Source: Eledone cirrhosa | Taxonomy: Eukaryota | Direction of reading: 5' to 3' | NCBI GenBank assembly: GCA_964016885.1 | Contig: OZ024754.1 | Coordinates: forward strand, 27,280,001 to 27,344,000 | DNA: 64,000 nt | Shown here: one piece after another, positions 13,923 through 26,689 of the stretch | How the letters are laid out: every line of letters starts with the position of its first letter | How positions within the stretch are numbered: the stretch's first letter is position 1 | Translations under genes and position numbers: made by a program | The notes under the pieces: generated by a model | Database searches by the model: none | Seen by the model: only the letters and a program-made list of their open reading frames with translations | What the model was told of the DNA's origin: nothing

Positions 13923-14278
13923 AGATATATGCGTATATTAATTCGTTAACCTCTGTATTAACTCTACAACTATTGAGCTTTGACAGTGGTCCCACTCATG
14001 TATACGGTTGAAGATGAAGAGAAAGACTGTAAAAACTAGCTTATCTTTATAATTTAAAATTGATACACACTACGATACTTTTTGCCTTATGACAGCTGGT
14101 TTTCACGCCGTAACATTAGATACATTATATACCCCCCACCTAAGTAATGTCAGGGTCTCCTTAAATAGTTTATTGATAGCATTGTTGTAATAATTGTTGT
14201 AGTTTATTGTTCTAATTGAATGCCATAACTACTCCATATTTTCTTTTATTTTCTTGCCTGTGTATTTTCTTCATTCTC

Positions 14279-14393
14279 GCATGCTCCGAAGATCTGACTG
14301 GTTATAATTCTGTATTGGCGATCGAGTGACGCAAAATTAGGCGGATAGCGATCTCTAGACATACCAGTTCAGTGAAACAAATGTAAGCTATGT
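14279..14393 (+). ncRNA. Type I hammerhead-like ribozyme with extended stem II (mirror at ~12947-13061 minus)
   Basis: CATGCT-CCGAAGA-T-CTGACTGGT[~60 nt]ACCAGTTCAG-T-GAAAC-AAAT-GTA^AGCTATG; core has U4->C. Confidence 0.65.
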
Positions 14394-14440
14394 GATTAAA
14401 AACTTTTTTGTATAGCAAACCATGTAAACCTTCTTTCCTG

Positions 14441-14507
<67 letters not shown>

Positions 14508-14518
<11 letters not shown>

Positions 14519-14636
14519 GTACACGTACATACATATATGTATACAGACGTACAGTAGTATGTATATATATATACATACATGCACACATATATATATGTAT
14601 GTACGTGTATACATATATATGTACGTGTATATATAT

Positions 14637-14667
<31 letters not shown>

Positions 14668-14678
14668 CGTGTATATAT

Positions 14679-14711
<33 letters not shown>

Positions 14712-14980
14712 CGTGTGTATATATATATATGTATATGTATATATATATACATATAAGTATGTACACGTACATACATATATGTATACAGGCGTACAGTAGT
14801 ATGTATATATATATACATATAAGTATGTACACGTACATACATATATGTATACAGACGTACAGTAGTATGTATATATATATACATACATGCACACATATAT
14901 ATATGTATGTACGTGTATACATATATGTACGTGTATATATATATATATGTATATGTATATATATATATGTACGTGTATAT

Positions 14981-15013
<33 letters not shown>

Positions 15014-15262
15014 CGTGTATATATATATGTATCTGTATATATATATATACATATAAGTATGTACACGTACATACATATATGTATACAGACGTACAGTAGT
15101 ATGTATATATATATATACATACATGCACACATATATATATGTATGTACGTGTATACATATATGTACGTGTATACATATATGTATGTACGTGTACATACTT
15201 ATATTTAAAGTAACAGCCGTACTAAGAGTGGGAAATGAAATTTCGTTTCATTTATTCCGTTT
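14508..15262. repeat. Family E-derived TA-rich minisatellite (unit CATATAAGTATGTACACGTACATACATATATGTATACAGACGTACAGTAGTATG x4) plus family E tail
   Basis: Unit at ~14508, 14750, 14816 and 15050 matches 6256-6310; 15200-15262 is the reverse complement of 6200-6255. Confidence 0.75.
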
Positions 15263-15280
15263 ATATATATATATATATAT

Positions 15281-15678
15281 TTAAAAGAGTAGAGGTGTAA
15301 CACACAAGTTATTATATGTTGGTAAACGGAATAGAAAATGCTGACAAATTGTTCACAGTGAAAAATAGTTTAATTAGGAATAAGTGAGAATTAGTAATTG
15401 TATTGGTTAGTATTCAGTTTTGGTTTTAAGTTTTACCGGTTGCGCATTTCTAATGCTTTTCAAAAATAATTTTTTGCGTCCGTGATGTTTGCTCTGATCA
15501 GAGCAAACATCACCGACGCTCTATCTCAAAATTATTTTTGAAAAGCATTAGAAATGCGCAACCGGTAAAACTTAAAACCAAAACTGAATACTAACCAATA
15601 CAATTACTAATTCTCACTTATTCCTAATTAAACTATTTTTCACTGTGAACAATTTATCAGCATTTTCTATTCCGTTTA

Positions 15679-15684
<6 letters not shown>
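15281..15684 (-). mobile_element. Fold-back family B copy 1 (~180-bp arms, ~35-bp tail)
   Basis: Palindrome centred at 15497/15498 (TGCTCTGA|TCAGAGCA); TTGGTAAACGGAATAG ... CTATTCCGTTTACCAA; tail 15281-15313; in (TA)n. Confidence 0.9.
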
Positions 15685-15758
<74 letters not shown>

Positions 15759-15866
15759 AATATATGTATATATATATATAAAGACAGAGAGCGCTTGCCA
15801 GCATTAGTTCTGATTTTTGCGTTCCGTTTCGCCTTTTCTACCCACCGAAATGCGATTCTCGCTGAA

Positions 15867-15940
<74 letters not shown>

Positions 15941-16618
15941 CATGTAAAAGGTAAACAGAAATAACAACACAATCAGTACAGTATATGGAAGAGATATATT
16001 AGGTTAACGCTTGATATAGCAGGAAGAGGGTCTATATATATTGTTATACTTTGGGAGGGTCATGCTGCCAACAAAAACACACGCACCTGTTGGTATTCAC
16101 TTCAATATATTATAAGTTTCCGGTTGGTTGGTTCGATAACCGGAAGGTTTTTTTATATATTGTCAAAGCTCTTTCGACACACATTCTGTGACTTCCTCGG
16201 TGACTAGGTTTTTAATTTGTGTCTCTCCTTTCTTCTGTCCTAAACCATCTTGTTTTTGTGTGTTGTGTGTTGCGTGCTTAGTTTGCGCATGCGTTACATC
16301 TGGGTGTGTGTGTATGTTTTTATTTATTTATTTATGTGTTTGTTTACTTGTCACCAATGTGTTGTTTGTTCTATCTGTGTGTGTCTGATTTGTTTTGTTA
16401 GTTTGGTTTCTCTGTGTGTCTGTATGTCTTCATGTTGTCCTGAATTACTAGTTGTGATGTTGCTATTCCACTCATGTTTCTCTTTAATTCTGATTTCTTA
16501 TCTGAAAACGTGTATTGAAAGAGAGGCTACAAATATAAACGAACTCCAATCAAAATTAAACAGAAACATGAGTGGAATAGCAACATTACAACTAGTAATT
16601 AAGGACAAAATGAAAATG

Positions 16619-16679
<61 letters not shown>

Positions 16680-18016
16680 AAGTGTCTTTGTTTTCCTCAT
16701 CCCTCCTATTTATATTTTCATTCAACTTGATTTTCCCTTCTTTACATTGATATTTTCCACCCCTGTAATTTCTTATTTTTAACTTTGTTTTGTCTTTTCT
16801 TCCTCTCTTTCGTCATTTGTCTTTATAATTATTTCTCTCTGTCACCTTCGATTTCTTTCTTTCTTTTCTTCTTACTTCCTTCCATCGTTTGTGGCCATGC
16901 TCTTCTTTGAGTAAGAAACAAAGAAATATCAAGTGTATGCATGGATAATTTCACTTTTACTGAGATTCTTTATTATAATCTACTCCTTCCTTCCTTCCTT
17001 CCTACTTTCGATATTTCCCTTTCTTTCAACTTCTCAATCAATTCCGAGAGACATAAAACAAAGTACAGCATTACATCGACAACAATAGATGTTGCCATAG
17101 CTAACAAGATGAGAAATCCAAGTCCTAACGACGTAATTTCATGTGCAACCTAACCCCCTGACACCATGGTCTCAAGAGTTTTTCTTTTTTCAAAACTAGT
17201 CTCGTGTCAATTGAATCATTCTCAGTGAAATTTAGTACAAAAGACACTTTATGGAAGTCGGTCAGTTTTACCATTCCTATTTCTTGAGTGGGAGACTTAA
17301 TCTCTCACCCAGTTTAACACTTTTAAATTACACTTCAGTATTTTTACAGAAGTCCATAAATTGTATGCGTTCAAGTATACCCCTTGTCAATGAAATTTGA
17401 TAAAAGTGAAACTTTGCAGAAGGTCGTTGGATTTACAAGCGTTTATTTTTGGAGTGGTCGTCTTACTGTGTAGCACTGTTTATGGCCCTGGCCAGACGAT
17501 GAATGAGTTTATTATGTTGTAAACTTTCAGGACATATTTGTGTGAGTAAAATTAGTTAGAGGGGACATTTGCGGAAACCCGTCGTTTATACCATTCATTT
17601 TTACAGTAGTAGACATAATCACATGTCCGGTTTAACACCAACCTGTCTCAGAATGATAATGGTCACTGGACGAACGGTAAAAAGAAAATTTCTAGTAAAA
17701 ATGAAAATATTTGCAGAACAAAATATATTGACAATCTTGGTCACCGGTAAAATATATTATCTGAATGAGAGGTGCTACAAAAATCGATTAGCAGCATTCC
17801 GTTTTGGACAGGATGGTAACATTTCCCACTGCATCAGCCATTCCAGTTCATATGGTTCCTTTCACAGTGAAAATACCCTCCTTCCAATATGGCTGAAAAA
17901 ATATACAGTCCGTGGTGAACATGACCAACACAAAAAAGGAAACGGTCAAGGATGCTGTGGTTCTTCCTTTGTATAGACCAATGAAGCTACTACATTAATA
18001 TACATGCATATATATT

Positions 18017-18098
<82 letters not shown>

Positions 18099-18167
18099 TG
18101 TAATAAAAAGCTCTGTAGCCTACACAGAGCACTCTCTTTTCCTTTACCTTTCCTACGGAAATACTTC

Positions 18168-18335
<168 letters not shown>

Positions 18336-18854
18336 AGAGAGAGAGAAAGAATTGCGTTTTTCATTCACTCGTTCATTTATTATATTTTTATTCTCGCTCA
18401 TTTTCGGGAATATTTCAAAATTTCTTCTTCTTCTTCTTCTTCTTCTTCTTCTTCTTCTTCTTCTTCTTCTTCATTTACCAATTATTCTGTTTGTCTTATT
18501 TATTTACCCATTCGCTAATTCAACCCTTTATTCATTCATTTTGCTTTTTCCTTCATTCTCTCCATCATGTCATTAAAATTCCTAAGAAGAAAATGTTATG
18601 TTTTTTTTTCAATTTTTCTTCTTCAATCTCTTTCATCTAAACGTTCATTCAATTCTGTTTTCATCCTTTTATTTTTTCTTCTTTCCCAAAACAATAATAA
18701 AACAAATAAAATAATATGCAGCCAAAGCTTATTCCTTCTATTCTTTTCTTCTTGAATTTCATTCGTTCAAGCATTCATTCAATCTTTTATTTATCTTTTT
18801 AAATTCAGTATTTTTTCTATTTTCTTTTCCTTCTTTCACATTATCTATAGTAAA

Positions 18855-19545
18855 AATAATTGTTTCTACTTTTGGCACAAGGCCAGCAATTATCCCAGTA
18901 CATGACTGGTACTTTATTTTATCGACCCCGTAAGGATGAAAGGCAAAGTTAACCTCGGCGGGATTTGAACTCAAATCTATAGTAATAATAATAACAATAT
19001 AGTAATAATAATAACAATAACAATGGTTTCTGGTTTAGGCACAAGGTCATACAATTTTAGGGGAGGGGAAAGTAGATTAAATTGACCCCAGTGTATTACT
19101 GGTACTTTATTTTATCGATCCCGTAAGGATGAAAGGCAAAGTTAACCCCGGCGGGAATTGAGGTTAGCTTTGTCTTCCAGCCTTACGTGGTCGATAAAAT
19201 AAAGTACCATATAATAATTGTTTCTACTATTGGCACAAGGCCAGCAATTACCCAGTAGATTACTGGTACTTTATTTTATCGACCTCGTAAGGATGAAAGG
19301 CAAAGTTAACCTCGGCGGGATTTGAACTCAGAATGGCAAGGGCCATAACTCTATGCGTCAAAGCATGGCGTCCGACCCTCTACCGAAACTGCCAATCCAC
19401 CGCCCTCTATCGATACTGCCAATTCAAATATAAAAATGATTTCTAATTCCGGCACAAGGCCAACAATTTTAGCGGAAAGAAAAGTCAATTAAATCGACCC
19501 TAGTGTTTTACTGGTATTTTATTTTAACGAATGATGAAAGGCAGT
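18855..19545. mobile_element. Cluster of ~5 SINE copies and fragments (full-length at 19212-19405 minus)
   Basis: Repeated GGCACAAGGCCAGCAATT and TACTGGTACTTTATTTTATCGACCCCGTAAGGATGAAAGGC; one inverted fragment at ~19162-19209. Confidence 0.85.
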
Positions 19546-19679
19546 AATTAGTACAGGTTAAATTAACTGCTGTGATGGGGTTTAGATTGGAATTAGGTGA
19601 CTGAAATAAAAAAAAAATATTTAAATGTACATTACTTCTGGGGTCGATATGATCGACAGAATCAAGGCTACAGTCAAAT

Positions 19680-19805
19680 GACATGGCTGTGTGGTTAAAG
19701 AATTGATTTTACAACCACGTTGAGCACGTGACTTCTCCTTTAACCTTCTACTAGAAAACCTCGTGAGTGGAATTTGGTAGACAGAAAACTGCAGAAGCTC
19801 GTCGA

Positions 19806-19808
<3 letters not shown>
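19680..19808 (+). mobile_element. Fragment of another tRNA-derived SINE, followed by (CA)n
   Basis: A-box-like TGGCTGTGTGGTTAA; GAGTGGAATTTGGTAGACAGAAAACTGCAGAAGCTCGTCG; relatives at ~9925-10040, ~32300-32440 and ~62765-62915. Confidence 0.55.
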
Positions 19809-19888
<80 letters not shown>

Positions 19889-20075
19889 TATATGCATGTA
19901 TATATGCATGTATATATATGTAAATTTTCAGTATATGTTCGTTGTTTACCGACACCTCAGTGTGCAGATTGGAGCATTCGACGAAGTACGCAGGTTGGTT
20001 TGTTTACTCCGTAGTAATGTAAAATAAAATAATTAAGTCAAATATTTAAAATTTGGCTTCGTTTATTAAAGGTGT

Positions 20076-20130
20076 ACTGCTATATATATTTCGGTGACAG
20101 CCATCCTTGGCTGTGACCTCTTCAGGCAGT
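20076..20130 (-). ncRNA. Type I hammerhead ribozyme (left arm)
   Basis: Exact reverse complement of 20366-20420. Confidence 0.85.
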
Positions 20131-20365
20131 CCGAATTGGTGTGGTAGAGACGGGTACACATGTTGTTGAGGTGTTTAACTTCGTCAATACTCCGATATGC
20201 CCAGTTCCTGGTTGGGTTGTTATTTCTCTGAGGAACTGGAATCATATAATATGATTCCAGTTCCTCAGAGAAATAACAACCCAACCAGGAACTGGGCATA
20301 TCGGAGTATTGACGAAGTTAAACACCTCAACAACATGTGTACCCGTCTCTACCACACCAATTCGG

Positions 20366-20420
20366 ACTGCCTGAAGAGGTCACAGCCAAGGATGGCTGTC
20401 ACCGAAATATATATAGCAGT
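20366..20420 (+). ncRNA. Type I hammerhead ribozyme (right arm)
   Basis: Stem I ACTGC/GCAGT; core CTGAAGA; stem II GGTcACAGCCA-AGGA-TGGCTGTcACC; GAAA; minimal stem III T-ATAT-A; cleavage triplet AUA. Confidence 0.85.
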
Positions 20421-20499
20421 ACACCTTTAATAAACGAAGCCAAATTTTAAATATTTGACTTAATTATTTTATTTTATATATATATATGTATATACGGAT

Positions 20500-21220
20500 T
20501 ACACATATGTGAACCTTGATCCCGAGAATCTACCGCATCCCAAGGATTTTACTCAGCATTCCACCACATCCCTTTACGGAATTACCTTTACGACTCACCC
20601 CGGACATACACCCCAAAAAATGTTTTCCCCACACGTCACCTACATCCACAACACGCATAAACACCACACACACACGTGCGTACCACCACATATTTACACC
20701 TTCAGCCTCCGGAATCCTCTCCCCCCACCCCTCTATCCACACGCACACACACTCCGACCTACACCCCACTCCACACACATCTCTTCCTGAACATGCAACC
20801 CCGTTCTTCACCCAACCCTTGCTTTCACATACACACACACACACACACACGTACACCTACACACACACACCACCTTCAGCCCTCCCTGCTCGGACACCCC
20901 GTCTCCCTCTTCCCACTCCACCCGCTATCACTCCTACATGCCCCACACCCTTCCACCACCTGTTTCACTCCATTTTAATTTTATTTTGATCATGCCTTTA
21001 TTTTTAATTTCATTTGCACCGTTTCCTCTCACCCCCTCTTTTCTATATGTCTCTCCACCACTCCCCTACACACCCTTGGAACTCTGTTCCCACACACTTT
21101 TCACCTGAAGAAGGGCTTATGCCCGAAACGTCGTTCCCCACCACCACCCCACTCTCAAGAGCGTGAAACTAATAAACCTTTGTTCGTACTGCCTCTCTGT
21201 TTTGTTCCCGTTCAATTTTT

Positions 21221-21225
<5 letters not shown>
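20500..21225 (+). mobile_element. Probable PLE 3' UTR / pseudo-LTR (C-rich) ending in (TA)n
   Basis: HHR at 21101-21136 followed by AATAAA (21171) and (TA)n; bounded by TA runs. Confidence 0.55.
21101..21136 (+). ncRNA. Minimal type I hammerhead ribozyme
   Basis: CTGAAGA-A-GGGC-TTAT-GCCC-GAAAC-GTC; loopless palindromic stem III; weak stem I. Confidence 0.7.
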
Positions 21226-21270
<45 letters not shown>

Positions 21271-21429
21271 CTGTTTATACGTATATATATGTATATACAT
21301 ATATATATATATAAATATTTATATATATATATATGTATATATATTTATATATATATATATATACATATACGTATATATATACATGTATACATATACGTAT
21401 ATATGTATATACATTCTGTATATACATCC

Positions 21430-21620
21430 GGCATTGAATTGGCAGTATCGGTAGAGGGTCGGACACCATGATTTGACGCCTAGAGTTACGGCCCTTGCCA
21501 TTCTGAGTTCAAATCCCGCCGAGGTTAACTTTGCCTTTCATCCTTACGGGGTCGATAAAATAAAGTACCAGTAATGTACTGGGTAATTGCTGGCCTTGTG
21601 CCAATATTAGAAGCAATTAT
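21430..21620 (+). mobile_element. Full-length tRNA-derived SINE (dominant family)
   Basis: TTGGCAGTATCGGTAGAG A box, GAGTTCAAATCCCGCC B box, conserved central domain. Confidence 0.85.
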
Positions 21621-22414
21621 CTATGTTTACATGTGTTTCTCTTTAGGTCTTGTAATTTAGCGTTTCATAAGAAAAAGTACCAGACTTGAAAAAGTAAGTA
21701 GTTACTTTGCTTTTTTTCTATATTGAATTCATTCACTAGACTACGGGTTGGACCTTTGGAACCCTCCCTTGATTGACTTGATCGACTATATCAATGCGTT
21801 GCTCCAGCCTGGTCATAGTCTAATGACTGAATCCAGTTGAAGAAAATTTAAAAACAAACTATATAGAAATAATAAAAAAATCAAAAAATCCAAACTAAGC
21901 ATCAGAAGTAAGAAAAGAGGTGTATAGTGGCAGTGGCAGTAGTCGTAGTCAATTGGTTGATGGTATAGAGTTAGATAGAGAGTGGCAGCAGGAGTTCATT
22001 GATGAGGTGGTGGCGGTCGAAAGGGGGAGAGTGAGAGGTAGTAGATGATGAGAACGTTATTATCTATATATGTCGGCGTTTCTGTTTCACATTGATTGAC
22101 TAAAGAAGGAGGAAGGACAAGGAGGAGGCGTAAGGAAAGACGAAGGTAGCAGGAGAAGAGGTTGTTATCGGAGAGAGGGGGGTGTGTATATATAAAGATA
22201 CAGAACAGAGAATATATATGAAGGACCACAGTAGCGGTAACAGTGGGAGATGATGGAGATAGAGAAGAGAGAGAGAGTGAGGGTGAGGGAGGAAATAGAG
22301 AGATAAGGAAGGAGAATGTGAGGGGGGGGGGATAGAAAGGAGGAGTAATACAAATGGATGTTATTGAAGAGAAGAGACAGAACATTGAAGGAACAGGTGT
22401 AGAGTATTGGTAGC

Positions 22415-22574
22415 AGAGAGAGAGAGAGAGAGAGAGAGAGATAGTACATGAGAATAAAAGATAAACATAGAGCGAAGGGGGAGAAGAGTGTAAGAAGGAA
22501 GAGAGAGTTGTGTTATAGAGAGAGAGAGAAAGAGCCAGTGTAACAGAGAGAGAGAGAGGAAGAGCGAGTGTAAC

Positions 22575-22608
<34 letters not shown>

Positions 22609-22735
22609 AGAGTGAGAGACGGAAAGGGAGGTTGTGTTATAGAGAGAGAGAGAGGAAGAGCGAGTGTAACAGAGAGAGAGAGAGTGAGAGTGAGAATGAG
22701 TGAGAGATGGAGAGAGAGAGAGAAGAGATAAAAGT
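22415..22735. repeat. (GA)n compound repeat with recurring GAGCGAGTGTAACA / GTTGTGTTATA interruptions
   Basis: Direct reading. Confidence 0.75.
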
Positions 22736-23003
22736 AGCGGATGCTATATTAATATTTGTGCTTGTCGCATAATAAGGGAGTTAGTAGCTGTGTTGGGGAG
22801 TTTTGGTGGTAGTAGTGGGGGTTATGGTTGATGGTAGAGACGGTGGTACCGGTGGTGGTACATATGTTGATATAGGTAGGGGTCATAGTAGTTGTATTGG
22901 TGAAAATAATGGTGGCGGTGACAGTAGTGTTATTGGTACTAGTATAGGTGACTGACTATATAGTTGGTAGTACTGGCGGGGATATAGAGGTGATAGCTGT
23001 GTG

Positions 23004-23050
<47 letters not shown>

Positions 23051-23103
23051 ATGCGCACACACATATACATACATATTTATACATGTGCATATATATATAT
23101 ATA

Positions 23104-23449
23104 TAACGAAGGAATTGTTGTAAGGAACCAGATGGACCATAACGCACCAGAGTACTCAATACGTAGGGTAGTAGAGTGGGTAATAGGAACAAGTAGGACC
23201 CCGACGGCAGATCTCAAGCCGTTTCGACGGCTATTTCTGGACTAAATTCTAATTTAGTCATAAATTCTAATTTAGTCGTACCTTTTCCTATATATATATA
23301 TATATATATAAAACGAAGGAAATGTGGTAAGGAACCAGGTGGACCATAACGCACCAAAGTACTCAATACTTAGAGTAGTAGAGTGGGTAATAGGAACGAG
23401 TAGGACCCCGACTGCTGAGCTCAAGCCGTTTCGACGGCTAATTCTGGAC

Positions 23450-23452
<3 letters not shown>
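23104..23452 (-). mobile_element. Two tandem family A copies (6: 23104-23290; 7: 23311-23452), short arms collapsed or lost
   Basis: Each has tail + long arm up to TTCTGGACTAAA; separated by (TA)n. Confidence 0.8.
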
Positions 23453-23483
<31 letters not shown>

Positions 23484-23696
23484 TATATATATAAATATGT
23501 ATGTATATGTGATGTGTGTATGCGTTTTTCTGTGTGTGTGTGTGTGTGTGTGTGTTTTTCTGTGTGTGTGTGTGTGTCTGTGTTTCTGTGTATTTCTGTA
23601 AATATAACCAAGGCAGGAGCTAATAATAGTGTACTAACTATTGCGATAAGATTCTTAGCAACTGATTTATCTAAAGGTGAACGTGTGGGCGGACAA

Positions 23697-23731
<35 letters not shown>

Positions 23732-25982
23732 CCATAGACACACACACACATACATACAAACACACATGTATGTATACATACTCACACGCATACGATATAT
23801 TAATATGTTAATATATTATCATGTTTATTAATTCCCACTTAACTACATAGCGTTTGCTGTCAACATTATATGTGAGATCTGCATCATTTTTAAAAGCCTC
23901 TTCTTTAAAAGAAAACATAATAGTTACATCACAATTTTTATCTCATGCTAGGGGGAGGAGGGCGTACATTGAATAAGTCTGATCATATTGTAGGTGTTTT
24001 AGACTTTCATTAGAGAACGAATACCTAACTTCTGTTCAAGGAGAGCTTACATGCATGGGCCTTGAACTCCTGCTGGAATCGCAGCGACGCCGTTCCTGAT
24101 ACATACCCAATTTCCACCAGAGAAAGAAGAGAGAGAGAGGGGGGGGGGGGACAGGCAGAGAAATAAATATATACAGAGAGAGAGAGAGAGAGCAAGGAGA
24201 GATCTATATTGACAACTAAAGGCGAAGTTGATTACGGTGGGATTTGAACTCACTGTACTCAGAGCAGAAACAAATAGAGCGATGCATTCAATCCAACAAT
24301 CTAATGGCTGCCAATTAACTGACTATAGGGAGAGTTTAGTAGCTTATAACTATTTATAGTTCTCACGTATTCGGACTCAGCTTAACAGGTGAGTTTAATT
24401 TGCATAACAATGCATGTGTAAGAACATGGAGTAATTAATCAGGTCAGCATGATATCTCGGCTTCGAAGAAATCAAATTCGAAATCTTTCGTAAATCACAT
24501 TCTATCCTTGCCCCTTCACAAAAATGAAAGGGTTGGAAAATGTAGTCCTTTATAAACTGTGTCTGTGTAAAAGAAGAAAGATCACAGATGAAATGTTGAA
24601 AGGTGGTTTGCCTGAGTGTCACTGCCATGTATTTAACGCAGGGAATTTTCTTTAAATCTTTCTAACACTGAAAGATTGTTAGAATATGTTCTAATCTTTC
24701 AAACATCAATCCCAGATTCCAACGCCCTTGTTATTTGGATAAGGTCAAAATACTGGACAGATTTTATATGGACGGAAACTTTATACATTGGCGCAAAACA
24801 CGTTTAAGATGTGTATATAACATATGTAACATTTACTCCGCCAAAATATTTTTCAGACAAGAATGAAGGGTAAAATCTAAAAAATGGCTAATTTTTATAT
24901 ATTTCCATATAAGTGAATATTTGTTTTTGTTTATTTTAGGCTCGGATATCAGCTTTAACCGGTCAAATCATCACATCGCACAGTTTATTCTCATTCACTA
25001 CAAACTTTACTTCCTGTTGCCAGCTGTAAACCTATTCATGTTTTGTATCACTTTCAGCTGACAGTTCTCATTCTAACAAGGCAAACAGGTGAATGCAGTA
25101 ACAGCATATGTACCTGCAGGCAGTAAGGTTTTGAAATTCATAATAGTTTTGTAAATGCATTTTCCAAGTAGAAGCCCCTTAGTGATAATTGTAAATGATT
25201 AAGGATTTAACAGATTAAGTTGTCGCATTGAAGCTGTAGAATATAAATTATTCTTTAGTTGTAATAATTATAAACAAATGAAAACAATTGTAATACCTCT
25301 ATAGCCACGGCTGAGTCTTGTTTCCTCTAAGGAAGGCATGTACGTAGTCACAATGCCTAATAGAGACACCATCTAATTTTTCTCACAGATAACATCCTCT
25401 CATCGTTTATCCACAACAGGCATAGGATGAAGAGATATCATCCACGCCCCCCCCCCCCACATATATATATATTCATAGAGCAAGTGGAAAAACTCAGAGC
25501 TATGTTCTTCCAATATACGTTGGTAGAAACCCTCAGATGAAAGATCAAGGAAAACAGTGCTCTGTCAGTTGGAAGGGAACTTATTTAGTGTAAACTAAAT
25601 TTCATGCATTTAACATGAATGTGCTACTAATGGTTCCGGGGTCTAGTCGTCACCACCACTGTATAATGGAGGGGGCACTTTTAAAGTGGCCCTTCATTCA
25701 GTCACGTGGACAAAAATATGAAAAAGGGAATTTGATCAACCATTGGTAGCACGTACATATTAAATGTATCAAACTTTGTTTAGACTATACACACATACAT
25801 TATATATATATATATAATATTTGTTAATCGAACTTTAGTTGCAGTACAGTATGTACTTGTTTTAAGGCTATCACAAAAACTCAATGGATCGAAACTTAAA
25901 AACAAACATTAAGTCCAGAGTTAAACGCCGCAGGTGCACCAACCGAAGGCACAAACTATACATACAACAAAATAACGATATT

Positions 25983-26125
<143 letters not shown>

Positions 26126-26652
26126 AATTAAGTCAAATATGTAAAATTTGGCTTCGTTTATTATAAATTATAGATATATTGCTATATATATTTCGGTGAC
26201 AGCCATCATTGGTTGTGACCTCTTCAGGCAGTCGGAATTGGTGTGGGAAAGGCAGGTACACATGTTGTTGAAGTGAGTTTTACTCCGTCAATACATCAAT
26301 ATGTCCAGCTCCTGGTTATGTTGTTGTTTCTCTGAGGAACTGGAATCAGAGAAATAACAACATAACCAGGAGCTGGACATATCGATGTAAATGACGGAGT
26401 AAAAAACACTTCAACAACATGTGTAGCTGTCTCTACCACACCAATTCGGACTGCCTGAAGAGGTCGCAGACAATGATGGCTGTCACCGAAATATATATAG
26501 CAGTATATCTATAATTTATAATAAATGAAGCCAAATTTTACATATTTGACTTAATTATTTTAAATTACTCCGGAGTAAACAAACCAATCTGCGTACTTCG
26601 TCGTGTGCTCCAATCTGCATACTGAGGTGTCGGTAAACAACCAAGATATACT

Positions 26653-26655
<3 letters not shown>
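26126..26655 (+). mobile_element. Fold-back family C copy 2, HHRs at 26178-26232 (-) and 26450-26504 (+)
   Basis: Arms 26126-26333 / 26347-26556, tail to 26655; ACTGC-CTGAAGA-GGTCGCAGACAATGATGGCTGTCACC-GAAATATATATA-GCAGT. Confidence 0.9.

Positions 26656-26689
<34 letters not shown>

Larger units (their letters stand above)
12725..14446. mobile_element. 5'-truncated Penelope-like retroelement with ~210-bp inverted pseudo-LTRs, in (TA)n
   Basis: GIY-YIG coding region between inverted repeats 12894-13103 and 14237-14446; ~170-bp unpaired tail at 12725-12893; HHR-like motif in each repeat; (TA)n both sides. Confidence 0.9.
19925..20477 (-). mobile_element. Fold-back family C copy 1 (~225-bp essentially perfect arms + ~95-bp tail)
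   Basis: Palindrome centred on ATCATAT-A-ATATGAT (~20248), arms ~20023-20477; tail 19925-20022 matches 26557-26655 inverted. Confidence 0.92.

Noticed and set aside
15281-15684. Palindromes as classical MITEs or assembly artefacts; complete HHR in family B
   Set aside because: One-sided tails, no TSD, variable centres and recurrence as diverged copies argue against both MITE and artefact. Family B shows only GAAATGCGCA without a CUGANGA core, so no ribozyme is called.
17150-17990. Possible DNA-transposon subterminal region or decayed ORF
   Set aside because: Only scattered TGAAATTT/TGAAACTTT motifs; no TIR, TSD or protein motif identified.
20066-20430. Near-identical ORFs on opposite strands (also 6773/7085)
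   Set aside because: A by-product of the palindromes; the family C ORF is not retained in copy 2.
21430-21520. tRNA gene
   Set aside because: A and B boxes belong to a multi-copy SINE head; no cloverleaf or poly-T terminator.
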